Shown here: positions 7,993 to 16,646 of the stretch, one piece after another
How the letters are laid out: each line of letters opens with the position of its first letter
How positions within the stretch are numbered: position 1 is the first letter of the stretch
NCBI GenBank assembly: GCA_963976765.1
Contig: CAXBME010000039.1
Coordinates: 1 to 55,656, forward strand
Length of the DNA: 55,656 nucleotides
Source of the DNA: an uncultured Planctomycetaceae bacterium
Lineage (GTDB): Bacteria; Planctomycetota; Planctomycetia; Planctomycetales; Planctomycetaceae
Direction: 5' to 3'
Notes under the pieces: generated by a model
The model's input: the letters and a program-made list of their open reading frames with translations, nothing else
What the model was told of the DNA's origin: nothing
Databases searched by the model: none
Translations under genes and position numbers: made by a program

Positions 7993-10788
7993 CTAGTACA
8001 CGTACAGAAACTCATTCGAGTTCAGCAGCAGCAGGCAAACATCCGCGAGTGCTCGAGTGTCGGCATTGACGGTCCAGGGTTTGGCATCCGGGATGTAGTT
8101 ATTGTAGACGTTCAGCTTCTCTATGAACTCGAAAGGTTCGCCTGTGAATTCTTCGACCAGTGACCGGACAACCTCCGTCGGGTACTCAACTTCTTCCGGT
8201 TTGTGCTCTGCGTGATAAGTCTGCATTTCTTTCAGATAGGCGTGCAGAGTTTTCTGTTCCTGAGGGGTCGGAGCCCGCCCGTAGGCAATCTGAACTGCTC
8301 GCTGAATCCATTGTTCGGTATCGTCAGGGTGTTCTTTCTGAACCCGCAGCGCGAAACCGATCGATCGGTCGGTGATCACATCGCTGTTCATCAGGGTGAA
8401 CGCTTGCGGGGTGACCGATGCGGCGTCTCTCAGTTCGCACGATTCATTCGGGTTCGGGAGGTTCATGATTTCAAGGAACGGATCAGCCTGACCTCGTACC
8501 CGGTATGCGTAAATCGTTCTGCGGTTGCGTTCTGCCGGTGTTCGTGACGGCTGATGCGCGGGAGCGATTGAGAACTGAATCATTCGTGGCTGCAATGCCA
8601 CTTCCAGATTGATCTCCGGCATGATTGGAACGCCACCCATTTCGGGGTTGAGTTCGCCGCTGACCAGCAGCGTACTGTCTCGTAATTCTTCAGCGGTGAG
8701 ACGACGCGGCGGAAACGATGCCAGCAGATTGTTGTCCGGGTCGACTGTTGCCTGCTGCTTCGCATCGGCAGGTTGGCCTGAGCGGCGATAAGTTTCCGAC
8801 ATCATGATCAATCGATGAAGCCGTTTGATCTTCCAGCCGTGCTCAATGAAATCCGCTGTTAACCAGTCAAGCAGTTCAGGGTGTGTCGGCTGGCTGCCTT
8901 TTGCACCAAAGCTGTTTGACGTCTTGACAATGCCCTTACCAAAGTGTGTCTGCCAGATTCGATTAACGATCGACCGAGTGGTCAGCGGATTTCTGTCATC
9001 GGCAACCCACTTCGCAAAGGCCAGGCGGCGACCGTTCAGCTCATCGGTGATTTGCCAGGGAGCGTCGCTGTTTGGATCGGCAGGAAGACCAGTCGCGCTG
9101 AGAACTCCGGGCAGCACCGGCTGAAGTCGTGCTTCGAGCGAACCGCCCGCCAGGATGAAGTTCTGCGGTCGCCACTTGACATTGATCTGTTTCGGTTCTC
9201 GCAGTTTGCGGTCGTTCTTGTAGTCGTCCTGCCCGTTGTAAACGGCCTGAGCCATTGGTTCGTAACGTTCCAGTCGACGCTCCCAGATCCAGACGTCCTG
9301 CTCGCGGACTTTTTTCATCCCCTTTTCTTCGGGCGTCAGGCCGACGTGCCGAGGTGGCTTTCTGTCTTCCGGGTCGTTCTTGCGAGCATTCTCATTCTTG
9401 TAAGGAAGATCGTGTTCCTCGTACCACTTCCTGGCGGCAGCTTCCTGCTTGTCCTGTAGTTTTGCCTGCTCAGCCTTTGCGTAAGCGAGCAGTTCTTCCA
9501 CCAGTGCCCGCTTCTCGCCAAAGCCATTTCTGTTTTCTTCCGGCAGGAACGCGACTTTCCTTTCCGCTGGCTGAGTCGTCGCGAACGTCGCGTACATGCT
9601 GTAGTAGTCGCGTGTCGGAAGCGGATCGAATTTGTGATCATGACATTTGCAGCAGCGCATGGGCATCGACAGGAACGCTTGTCCGACGTTGTGAACCAGA
9701 TCGTCAAGAAAAATTTGACGAGCTTCGTCCTGAGGCACCATCGCCGTTCCCCACGGCCCCATGCGAAGCAGACCAGTGGCGATCAGTGCCTCGGGATCGT
9801 CAGGTCGAAGTTCGTCACCGGCGATCTGTTCGAGGACGAATTCATTGAATGGTTTGTCCTTGTTGAACGACCGAATGACGTAGTCACGATATCGCCAGGC
9901 GTTCGAGCGTTCGTAATCATTCGAGAAACCGGAAGTGTCCGCATAACGAACGACGTCGAGCCAGTGCTGGCCCTGCCGCTCTCCATAGTGGTCGCTGGCG
10001 AGCAGCCGATCGACGAGATCGCTCCAGGCTTGCTGAGAATCTTTCTCCCAATCCAGGATGAATGCGGCAACATCCTGAGGATCTAGAGGGAGCCCGGTCA
10101 GATCGTAAGTGGCACGACGGATCAGCGTCCTCGCGTCTGCTGGCTGTGCCGGCATCAGCTCTGCCTGAGCTAGACGCTCATGCACAAATGCGTCAACAGG
10201 ATTCGTCGATCCTGGGGGAACCGCGGGACGCTTCACCGGTTGAAAAGCCCACAGATCGGCTGGCTGATATCGACGATACGTCCAGTCGTCGGCCAGGCCT
10301 CCGCTGGTGTCGACGATGATGCCGTCTTTGTTTTCTCGAACGGCCCATTCCTTTTTCTGAATCGTTAACTGCTCCTGAGCAGTCGGCCACGGAGCCCCCG
10401 CTTCGATCCACCTGCGAAAATACTCTGTCTCCTCTTTCGTCAGACGATCGTTTTCTTTGGGCGGCATCTCCATGCCGTCCTCCCAGAGGATCGCTCTGTA
10501 AAGCGGACTTTCTTCCGGCTTACCGGGTACGAGCGACGCCTCTTCCGACTCACCACCTTTGAGCATTCCGTCGCGAGTCATCAGGTTGTAGTCGCCGCGA
10601 GTGTCGGCAGGATCGTTCCCGTGACAACCGAAACATTTCACCTTGAGCAGCGGCAGAACCTTGAGTGTAAAAAGACGATCACCATTGAAAGTCTCATTGG
10701 CGTTTGCGATTCCAGTCACCGTCGCGATTGCAAAGACGAGTGAGGCGGTGAGGTAGTGGCGAGGTGAGGGGGCGACAAGGTGAGACAT
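7993..10788 (-). CDS. Planctomycete cytochrome c protein (PSCyt1 + DUF1549 + DUF1553)
   Basis: Heme motifs CFGCH and CCKCH(DHKFDP); WAFQP, HWLDVVRYADT, IVNRIWQ.HFG.GIV, PTHPELLDWL, C-terminal NSNEFLYV. Start could also be 10806. Confidence 0.92.
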   Translation of the reverse strand: MSHLVAPSPRHYLTASLVFAIATVTGIANANETFNGDRLFTLKVLPLLKVKCFGCHGNDPADTRGDYNLMTRDGMLKGGESEEASLVPGKPEESPLYRAILWEDGMEMPPKENDRLTKEETEYFRRWIEAGAPWPTAQEQLTIQKKEWAVRENKDGIIVDTSGGLADDWTYRRYQPADLWAFQPVKRPAVPPGSTNPVDAFVHERLAQAELMPAQPADARTLIRRATYDLTGLPLDPQDVAAFILDWEKDSQQAWSDLVDRLLASDHYGERQGQHWLDVVRYADTSGFSNDYERSNAWRYRDYVIRSFNKDKPFNEFVLEQIAGDELRPDDPEALIATGLLRMGPWGTAMVPQDEARQIFLDDLVHNVGQAFLSMPMRCCKCHDHKFDPLPTRDYYSMYATFATTQPAERKVAFLPEENRNGFGEKRALVEELLAYAKAEQAKLQDKQEAAARKWYEEHDLPYKNENARKNDPEDRKPPRHVGLTPEEKGMKKVREQDVWIWERRLERYEPMAQAVYNGQDDYKNDRKLREPKQINVKWRPQNFILAGGSLEARLQPVLPGVLSATGLPADPNSDAPWQITDELNGRRLAFAKWVADDRNPLTTRSIVNRIWQTHFGKGIVKTSNSFGAKGSQPTHPELLDWLTADFIEHGWKIKRLHRLIMMSETYRRSGQPADAKQQATVDPDNNLLASFPPRRLTAEELRDSTLLVSGELNPEMGGVPIMPEINLEVALQPRMIQFSIAPAHQPSRTPAERNRRTIYAYRVRGQADPFLEIMNLPNPNESCELRDAASVTPQAFTLMNSDVITDRSIGFALRVQKEHPDDTEQWIQRAVQIAYGRAPTPQEQKTLHAYLKEMQTYHAEHKPEEVEYPTEVVRSLVEEFTGEPFEFIEKLNVYNNYIPDAKPWTVNADTRALADVCLLLLNSNEFLYVY
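10735..10786. repeat. Degenerate 8-nt tandem repeat (cCTCACCN on the minus strand), downstream arm flanking the four-helix-bundle gene
   Basis: Minus strand reads tctcacct tgtcgccc cctcacct cgccacta cctcaccg cctcactc; gacgagtgag (10735-10744) is the exact reverse complement of 11185-11194. Confidence 0.6.
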
Positions 10789-10790
10789 GC

Positions 10791-11170
10791 TTATTTTAGA
10801 ATCCATGTTTCCGGGTGATTGATCATTCCGACGATGGTTCCAATGACTTCGTCGTATTTCTTATAGAGTTCTGCTGCTTTCTCACGGTCGACGTATTCAC
10901 ATTTAACGGCAAGTTCCAACCAGACCTGCGGCTCGGCTGCCTTAGTTTCACAGACAGATAATTTGCCGATGAAATGAGCCTGGTAACGACGTTTCTCCAT
11001 GCCTCAGCAGGATTCGCACAGACACTGCGAGAAGAACGCCGAATCTGATCTGTCAATGAATACGCTTCTTCTTTTGGGAACTGCTTTGTCAGCTCAAAGA
11101 TACTCATCGCAACATCGAATGATTTGCATTAACCATTTAAATCTCTGTGCGTTTTTGCCCGGCCCGCCAC
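10791..11170 (-). pseudogene. Four-helix-bundle (23S rRNA IVS protein-like) pseudogene
   Basis: GTG at 11170 reads ..KTHRDLNG*CKSFDVAMSIFELTKQFPKEEAYSLTDQIRRSSRSVCAN.AEAWR, then frameshifts near 10993 into KRRY.AHFI.KLS..ET.AAE.QVWLE. In-frame TAA at 11131-11129. Confidence 0.88.
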
Positions 11171-11194
11171 CTCGTCCCCCTTCACTCACTCGTC
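11166..11194. repeat. Upstream inverted-repeat arm of the four-helix-bundle element
   Basis: Reverse complement gacgagtgagtgaagggggacgaggtggc resembles 10735-10744 (exact) and 10764-10782 (gtgagggggcgacaaggtg). Confidence 0.55.
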
Positions 11195-11195
11195 A

Positions 11196-12887
11196 TCACG
11201 GTTTGCCATGATTGTAGATCTCCCGGATCTCGTCGTCGGATAGAGCGGTCGCGAACAGAATGAACTCGTCCATGCTGCCGTTCAGATTGCGGATTGCGAA
11301 TCGAGAATCGGGTTGCGTGGGAACAGACCAGTTTCCGATCGATGCCGTTCCGATTCGCGTTTCATCAATCATCTTTTCGACCGGTACGATCGCTGAATTG
11401 AGAACGTCGCCGTTCAGATAGTGAGTGATCGATGTTCGATCGACGTCGTACACAGTGGCGAGGTGCAGCCAGCGTCCGCTGAGCGACGGTTTCCAGAACG
11501 GTGGCGAAAGTGCTTTGAAATCAGCCGGCCCATCTTCGCCCTGTTCGCGCGGTCGAACGGAAAAGTAGAGCTGGCCCGTGTCAAGAATCTGCCAGTGAGG
11601 CTCGCCCTTGTTGTAGCCGTCGGTCAGGAACAACGAATTAAACCACCGATCAAGACTGTCAATTTTGACCCAGCAGGAAAACGTCAGCGAACGATACTCG
11701 CCGGGAATCTGCACTCGAACGCGATCACCGGGGCGTTTGAATTCCAGACTGCTCTTGGCAGGCCAGCGGCCAATGGAACGATCGGCACCGACAATGGCTC
11801 CATCCAGCTCGGAGTTCGCCGGTTCCAGGCTACTGGTCAATCTTCGATTCCATCCATCCGACTGATCGAAGGCGTAGTACGCGATCAATCTCGCATCACG
11901 CCGCAGCTTCCCGGACCAGTTTCGCCAGCGCTGGTAACGCTCGTCCTGTTGCCCCTGAGCCCGGGTTTCCAGCGAGGCGATGTCCAGAAAACTGTCCGGA
12001 GTCACGGTCGAATCTTCGTAGATGCCGTCAGGAGTCCGTACGAGAGCCTCGCCAGCAGTCAGTAATCGCTTTGCCGTTTCGGGCTGGAGAAGTTCCACTT
12101 CGCCGTCAAAGACTTGAACACTGGCTCCTTCGTCAGACACCGACAGTCCGAACTCGGTGCCAAGGTCGACGACTTTCAGATCATCCACTTCCAGTGAAAA
12201 CCCGCGAGCTGCTGGCGGTACCTGAGCACGCAGAGTTCCGCGCCGAACTCGTGCGAGCACCGGCGACTTCAGGTCGATCTCCGCCGGGCCTTCCAGGATC
12301 ACGGTCGCCCCGCAAAAGAATTCAACCTGAGCATAACCTGAGGCGATCTCGAAAAGACCTGTCGGGAGAGCATCTCCAACTTCGAGCGACGGCTGGCCAG
12401 CTTTCCAGGTCACATCGACCAATCGAGTGATCAGGGCGACTCCCTCGGAAGTGGCTTCTTCAGACTCATCGCGTTTGTCGACGGCGGCGATGCTGATTCC
12501 CGGTCGATTGATTTCGTCCGGTTTGTCGGCACGGTCGGCCAGTTCCAGCTGAACCAGTCGCCCGGCGAGAACCCCGATCAGCAGTGTCGCTGCGACAAGC
12601 ATCCATCGCCCGGTTCGAGAGACGCCGCCTGCCGTGCTGACGCGGATTTTGTGCGGGACATTTTCGCCCCACCCTCTCACTTCATCGTCGGCAGCAAAGT
12701 CGTTCATCCCGGCGTCGCTGTCGAGACTCATTGCCGCCGTCATCATTTGCAGACGCACGTAATGAGCCCGTGACTCTGTATCCGTCCGCAGAATCTCGCG
12801 CAGCCGCTCAATTCCAGCCTCGTCGAGGACGCCTTCTTCCCAGTCAAGCAGCAGCGATTCCAGCTCTTCGAATCGGTCGGAAGTCAT
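11196..12887 (-). CDS. FecR-domain anti-sigma factor with C-terminal LamG/ConA-like domain
   Basis: N-terminal anti-sigma helices, one TM segment, FecR motifs GATVILEGPA and VVDLGTEFG..V..VQVFDGEV; LamG motifs W.HLATVYD, G.MDE; overlaps the sigma stop (ATGA). Confidence 0.85.
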   Translation of the reverse strand: MTSDRFEELESLLLDWEEGVLDEAGIERLREILRTDTESRAHYVRLQMMTAAMSLDSDAGMNDFAADDEVRGWGENVPHKIRVSTAGGVSRTGRWMLVAATLLIGVLAGRLVQLELADRADKPDEINRPGISIAAVDKRDESEEATSEGVALITRLVDVTWKAGQPSLEVGDALPTGLFEIASGYAQVEFFCGATVILEGPAEIDLKSPVLARVRRGTLRAQVPPAARGFSLEVDDLKVVDLGTEFGLSVSDEGASVQVFDGEVELLQPETAKRLLTAGEALVRTPDGIYEDSTVTPDSFLDIASLETRAQGQQDERYQRWRNWSGKLRRDARLIAYYAFDQSDGWNRRLTSSLEPANSELDGAIVGADRSIGRWPAKSSLEFKRPGDRVRVQIPGEYRSLTFSCWVKIDSLDRWFNSLFLTDGYNKGEPHWQILDTGQLYFSVRPREQGEDGPADFKALSPPFWKPSLSGRWLHLATVYDVDRTSITHYLNGDVLNSAIVPVEKMIDETRIGTASIGNWSVPTQPDSRFAIRNLNGSMDEFILFATALSDDEIREIYNHGKP

Positions 12888-13411
12888 GCGTCACCCTCCG
12901 CAAGCATTCGACGCTGGATGCACTCTGAAAGGTGGCGCCGAGATCGCAGCAACGCCACTTTCACGGCACTCGCCGTTCGATCAACTTCCCGGGCGATATC
13001 TGCAATCGACATGGCCCTGAAATATCGACGTTCAATCAGGTCGCGATTGCCGTCGCTTAACGTGCCCAGACACGGACGCAGGGCTTCTCGAAAATGGTCG
13101 AGGTGTTCGGCCTGACGCTCCGTTTCGATGCTGATCGCTTCCGCCAGTTCTGCGTCCAGCAACAGCCGGTCCCGCTTTCTGTCACGCAAATGAGCCAGCA
13201 CCTGAAACCGAGCCACCGCAAAGGCCCACGGCAGGAATCCTCTGTCAGTCTGAAATTCGGCGATCTTTCGCCACAGCACGATGTTCGTTTCCTGCAGCAC
13301 ATCTGCCGTCCGGCTGTGATCACCAAGCAGCGAAAACACGTAGCCATACAAACGGTTTTGATGAGCCGCCAGCTGCTGCACAAAGTGCTCTGTTTTGTCC
13401 GAACTGGTCAC
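12884..13411 (-). CDS. ECF RNA polymerase sigma-70 factor
   Basis: Region 2 (DVLQET.IVLWRK, FLPWAF.VAR) and region 4 (LIERRYF..MSIADIA...RT.SAVKVALLRSR); GTG start. Confidence 0.92.
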   Translation of the reverse strand: MTSSDKTEHFVQQLAAHQNRLYGYVFSLLGDHSRTADVLQETNIVLWRKIAEFQTDRGFLPWAFAVARFQVLAHLRDRKRDRLLLDAELAEAISIETERQAEHLDHFREALRPCLGTLSDGNRDLIERRYFRAMSIADIAREVDRTASAVKVALLRSRRHLSECIQRRMLAEGDA

Positions 13412-13442
13412 GCAGGAAACCCTCCGACGGTGAATCGTCAGA

Positions 13443-13473
13443 GTAGATTACCGTCGGATGCTGCCGGGTTACA
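13443..13473 (-). promoter_or_regulatory. Candidate ECF-type autoregulatory promoter
   Basis: Minus strand TGTAAC-ccggcagcatccga-CGGTAATCTAC about 30-60 nt upstream of the sigma start; an AAC-ending -35 is typical of ECF promoters. Confidence 0.4.
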
Positions 13474-13517
13474 AAAATCCTGCGTTTTTCTGAAACAACT
13501 CCGGGTCTGATCGTCGC

Positions 13518-14039
13518 CTATCTGGCCAGGTCGAGATGTAACGAATCGCTGCCGGTTTCGGGGACTGTAACCTTCAGGTCGGATTCCTTAGGGCTCATGT
13601 AACGTTGCGGCACGTCGTAAATAATTTCCGGCTGGTTTGGCTCGGACGGATCGATCAAAGGAATCTCCGAAAGACTGTCAGAGCCGTCACTTTCTCCGGT
13701 TGAGCTTGATGGAGCAGTCGCTGGTGCGTCGCCCTGTATGACAAATGCGCCAGGGCCGGAGATCTTCATTACGGTCACAATGTGGTCACCGACTGCAGCG
13801 CCAGGTGCATCCTGGAAAGTCTTAATGGTATATCGCCCTTGGGCGTCGGTGGTTCCTGAACCGGGACGACCGCCTTCAACCGGGTGATAAGTCACACTGG
13901 CACCTTCAACCGGCTCTCCGTCCAGCTTGACAATGCCTGACGCGGGAGCCAGTGCGGGACGATCACTTCCCCCGCAGCCTGCCAGCATGAACAACGACAG
14001 AGAGAAGAGGGCGTTGAGAACTATTCGTTTGCAGGTCAT
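13518..14039 (-). CDS. Lipoprotein with carboxypeptidase-regulatory-like (prealbumin-like) domain, DUF1559 partner
   Basis: Lipobox LAGC; SG.VKLDG.PV.GA.V.Y.P..G..G.G.TD..GRY, GA..G.H.VTV, P.RY motifs. Confidence 0.82.
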   Translation of the reverse strand: MTCKRIVLNALFSLSLFMLAGCGGSDRPALAPASGIVKLDGEPVEGASVTYHPVEGGRPGSGTTDAQGRYTIKTFQDAPGAAVGDHIVTVMKISGPGAFVIQGDAPATAPSSSTGESDGSDSLSEIPLIDPSEPNQPEIIYDVPQRYMSPKESDLKVTVPETGSDSLHLDLAR

Positions 14040-14065
14040 TCGTTACAACTTCCAATCAGGTGTGC

Positions 14066-14103
14066 AAAAACACCGCCGTGAAGAATAATCCTGCACGGCG
14101 GTG
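14066..14103 (-). terminator. Terminator-like hairpin between the DUF1559 gene and the lipoprotein gene
   Basis: 10-bp stem caccgccgtg/cacggcggtg followed by T5 on the minus strand. Confidence 0.6.
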
Positions 14104-14131
14104 AAAGGGGCGATTAGGGTATCAGCCAGGC

Positions 14132-15115
14132 TTAGAAATCGCCGAGTTCGTTGCTGTCGGATTTCGCTCCCAGATTGTTGTAGGTGTCATGGTCGATATT
14201 TTCGCTGAGGAAGCGGACAGCTCCGTCGCCCAGCAGGAAATGAGCACCACCAACGTGACGCGATTTGAATCCGAATTCCTCAGTCCAGTTGTTGTGCCAG
14301 TTACAGCCGGATGCGTTTGAGGTGTTGCAGGTATCCAGATTGATCGGATAAAGCGTGCCGAACATTCCCTGGCCATTGTTCGCCTGTAGCCAACCCTGCT
14401 GAATGTGGTTGCTGCATTCCGGACGAACTTCGCCAACGAAGATTGTGTTTGAGAGTCCGTCCGTTACGTCTTTGATACTCGTGCTGCGACCATTCCGGTG
14501 AAAGATTCCTGACACACCGGAGCCGGCAGTACCGCCTCGACGGTAACTAAGGTAATTGTCAGCACACGGAGTCCCTCCTGCCCCGACATTGGGATTACCT
14601 CCTGCGGGGCTGCCAGCATTTGACGCACCTTTGCTGCCAGCGTAATTCTGAACTGTGGTGCGACCGTTGAAATTCGTTCCCGCAGTGTCCGATGGGCAAA
14701 TGAATCCGGGAACCACAAACAGCTGTCTCAGTAACGTGCCATTTGAGTCAGTCGCGTCGTTTACGTTCCGGCCACCGCCGGGTGGATTATCAAAGGGAAT
14801 TTGCTCATAGGCGGCTGCCTGATCCATGTAAGGCAGAATATGAGTCAGCATGCTGCCCTGCTGGTAGACGACGCCAGCATTCGTGTTGTTCCAGTAGCTG
14901 CCAGCCGGGAAGTTTGAGTGGACAAGTTCGTAATTGTGTAGCCCGATGCCGATCTGTTTGAGGTTGCTCTTGCACTGGCTTCTTCGAGCGGCTTCTCTCG
15001 CCTGCTGCACAGCTGGCAGTAACAAAGCAACAAGAATCGCGATGATCGCGATCACGACCAGCAATTCGATGAGCGTGAACGCTTTTCTGTGCGTTCGAGT
15101 AATTCCGGCAGCCAT
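14132..15115 (-). CDS. DUF1559 prepilin-type N-terminal cleavage/methylation protein
   Basis: [52 protein letters not shown]9-DG (HVGGAHFLLGDG). Confidence 0.93.
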   Translation of the reverse strand: MAAGITRTHRKAFTLIELLVVIAIIAILVALLLPAVQQAREAARRSQCKSNLKQIGIGLHNYELVHSNFPAGSYWNNTNAGVVYQQGSMLTHILPYMDQAAAYEQIPFDNPPGGGRNVNDATDSNGTLLRQLFVVPGFICPSDTAGTNFNGRTTVQNYAGSKGASNAGSPAGGNPNVGAGGTPCADNYLSYRRGGTAGSGVSGIFHRNGRSTSIKDVTDGLSNTIFVGEVRPECSNHIQQGWLQANNGQGMFGTLYPINLDTCNTSNASGCNWHNNWTEEFGFKSRHVGGAHFLLGDGAVRFLSENIDHDTYNNLGAKSDSNELGDF

Positions 15116-15361
15116 TTACGTTTCTCCAGTACGAAGACAGAATAGGAAAAAGATCATTCCCAGTCAGAACACGCCTGTGATGCGGCATTCCGGGCGACGA
15201 TGAATCTACCAGGAAATTCTGCTCTACGCCAGATTTGAGTGATCGGGTGTGTAAGTTTATTGAGTCACGCCAGTTGCTGAATACTGGGGCGCCACGTCGA
15301 GCCGGGCATCTGACGAGAGGTTCAAAACTCGATTAGGACACCCAAAGCCGACAGGTGATTC

Positions 15362-16645
15362 ATGGGCTCTGAGCTGAACCATCGCAACATGAACAAAACC
15401 CAACGGTCCCGGCATGGAGCCTGGCGTGGGCTTGTTGCGTTGACTGCGATTGGAGTCGTTGTTGGACTGATGGTACGCCCAGAGTCGATTGATCTGGACG
15501 AACGGTTTCGGACGGGGCTGGAAGCGGTGACGCAGGGCGACTGGAAAACCGTTCGAATGTGCGCTCACCATCTTCAGCTGGACGACGAGTATCAGGCTCA
15601 TGCATCACTTTTGCAGGGATACGATCTCCGGGCCGCAGGGCAGCCTGAACAGGCATTTGTGACGTTCAGTCAGGCGAACTCGCATCCGGAGACTCGGCAA
15701 CCGGCTTATCACGAAGCGGCCAGCATGCTCTATGAAGCGGGGCAGTTCGGTCAGACGATCCTGATGTGCCGGCAGGTGCTTGAGTGGAATTCAGCACGCA
15801 CCGAAACTCAGCGGCTTCTGGCAGCGGCGTACTACGACATCGGAGCGATGGTGCAGGCAATCGACACGCTGCAGGTCGTGATCGATCAGGAGCCTGACGA
15901 CTACCGACCTTATTACATGCAGGCATCCATCCTTCACGACTTCGAACGCTTTGACGCAGCGGCGCTGGCCTATGAACAGGCGGCGAGCCGGTTACCACCA
16001 GATTCAACAGCCAGAGACGAAGTACTGATCGGATGGGGAGAATGTCTTGTACGACTGCGCCGCTACACCGAGGCACTCGACGCGATGAGCACTGCCGGGG
16101 GGCCGGATGCCGAGGCTCAGCGAGCGGTCGCGCTGTTCTCGCTTCGTCAGACAGACGCCGCCTTGAAGGCAGCCGAATCTGCATTGCAGCAACGCCCCTG
16201 GCATCCCGAAGCGGTGACTGTGGCGGCACAATGTCTGGCACACAATGGCAACGCAGAACGAGGCATTGCGCTGCTCCAGCGGGCCGCTGATGCGCATCCC
16301 CACAAACTCGAACTGCATCTCCGACTCGCTGAAATGCTGAGTGCGAACGGGCAATCGGATGCTGCTTTGGAACATCGAAAAGTCGCCGCGGAGATTTCTG
16401 AATATCGCCGGGAGTTTTCGCACAAGCAGCAGGCGATCGTTCACGACGAGAAAGACGCCGGTCTGAGGTTCGAGATTGCACAACTTGCCGAACGACTCGG
16501 GAAGATCGAGATTGCTCGGAGCTGGCTGCGCGCGGCGCTGGGGATGCCTTCGGCGACCGACGAGATGCGATCTTACTTTAAACAGTTTGAGCAGCAGTAC
16601 CCGCCGGCACAGATACCAACTTCCTCGTCGGTGCGAGGTTCCTGA
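15362..16645 (+). CDS. Tetratricopeptide repeat protein with N-terminal membrane anchor
   Basis: Hydrophobic N-terminal segment followed by multiple TPR-like helical repeats. Confidence 0.8.
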   Translation: MGSELNHRNMNKTQRSRHGAWRGLVALTAIGVVVGLMVRPESIDLDERFRTGLEAVTQGDWKTVRMCAHHLQLDDEYQAHASLLQGYDLRAAGQPEQAFVTFSQANSHPETRQPAYHEAASMLYEAGQFGQTILMCRQVLEWNSARTETQRLLAAAYYDIGAMVQAIDTLQVVIDQEPDDYRPYYMQASILHDFERFDAAALAYEQAASRLPPDSTARDEVLIGWGECLVRLRRYTEALDAMSTAGGPDAEAQRAVALFSLRQTDAALKAAESALQQRPWHPEAVTVAAQCLAHNGNAERGIALLQRAADAHPHKLELHLRLAEMLSANGQSDAALEHRKVAAEISEYRREFSHKQQAIVHDEKDAGLRFEIAQLAERLGKIEIARSWLRAALGMPSATDEMRSYFKQFEQQYPPAQIPTSSSVRGS

Positions 16646-16646
16646 T

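Noticed and set aside
10791..11170. Diversity-generating retroelement (Avd) or true 23S rRNA IVS
   Set aside because: No reverse transcriptase, no TR/VR repeat pair noticed and no rRNA in the window
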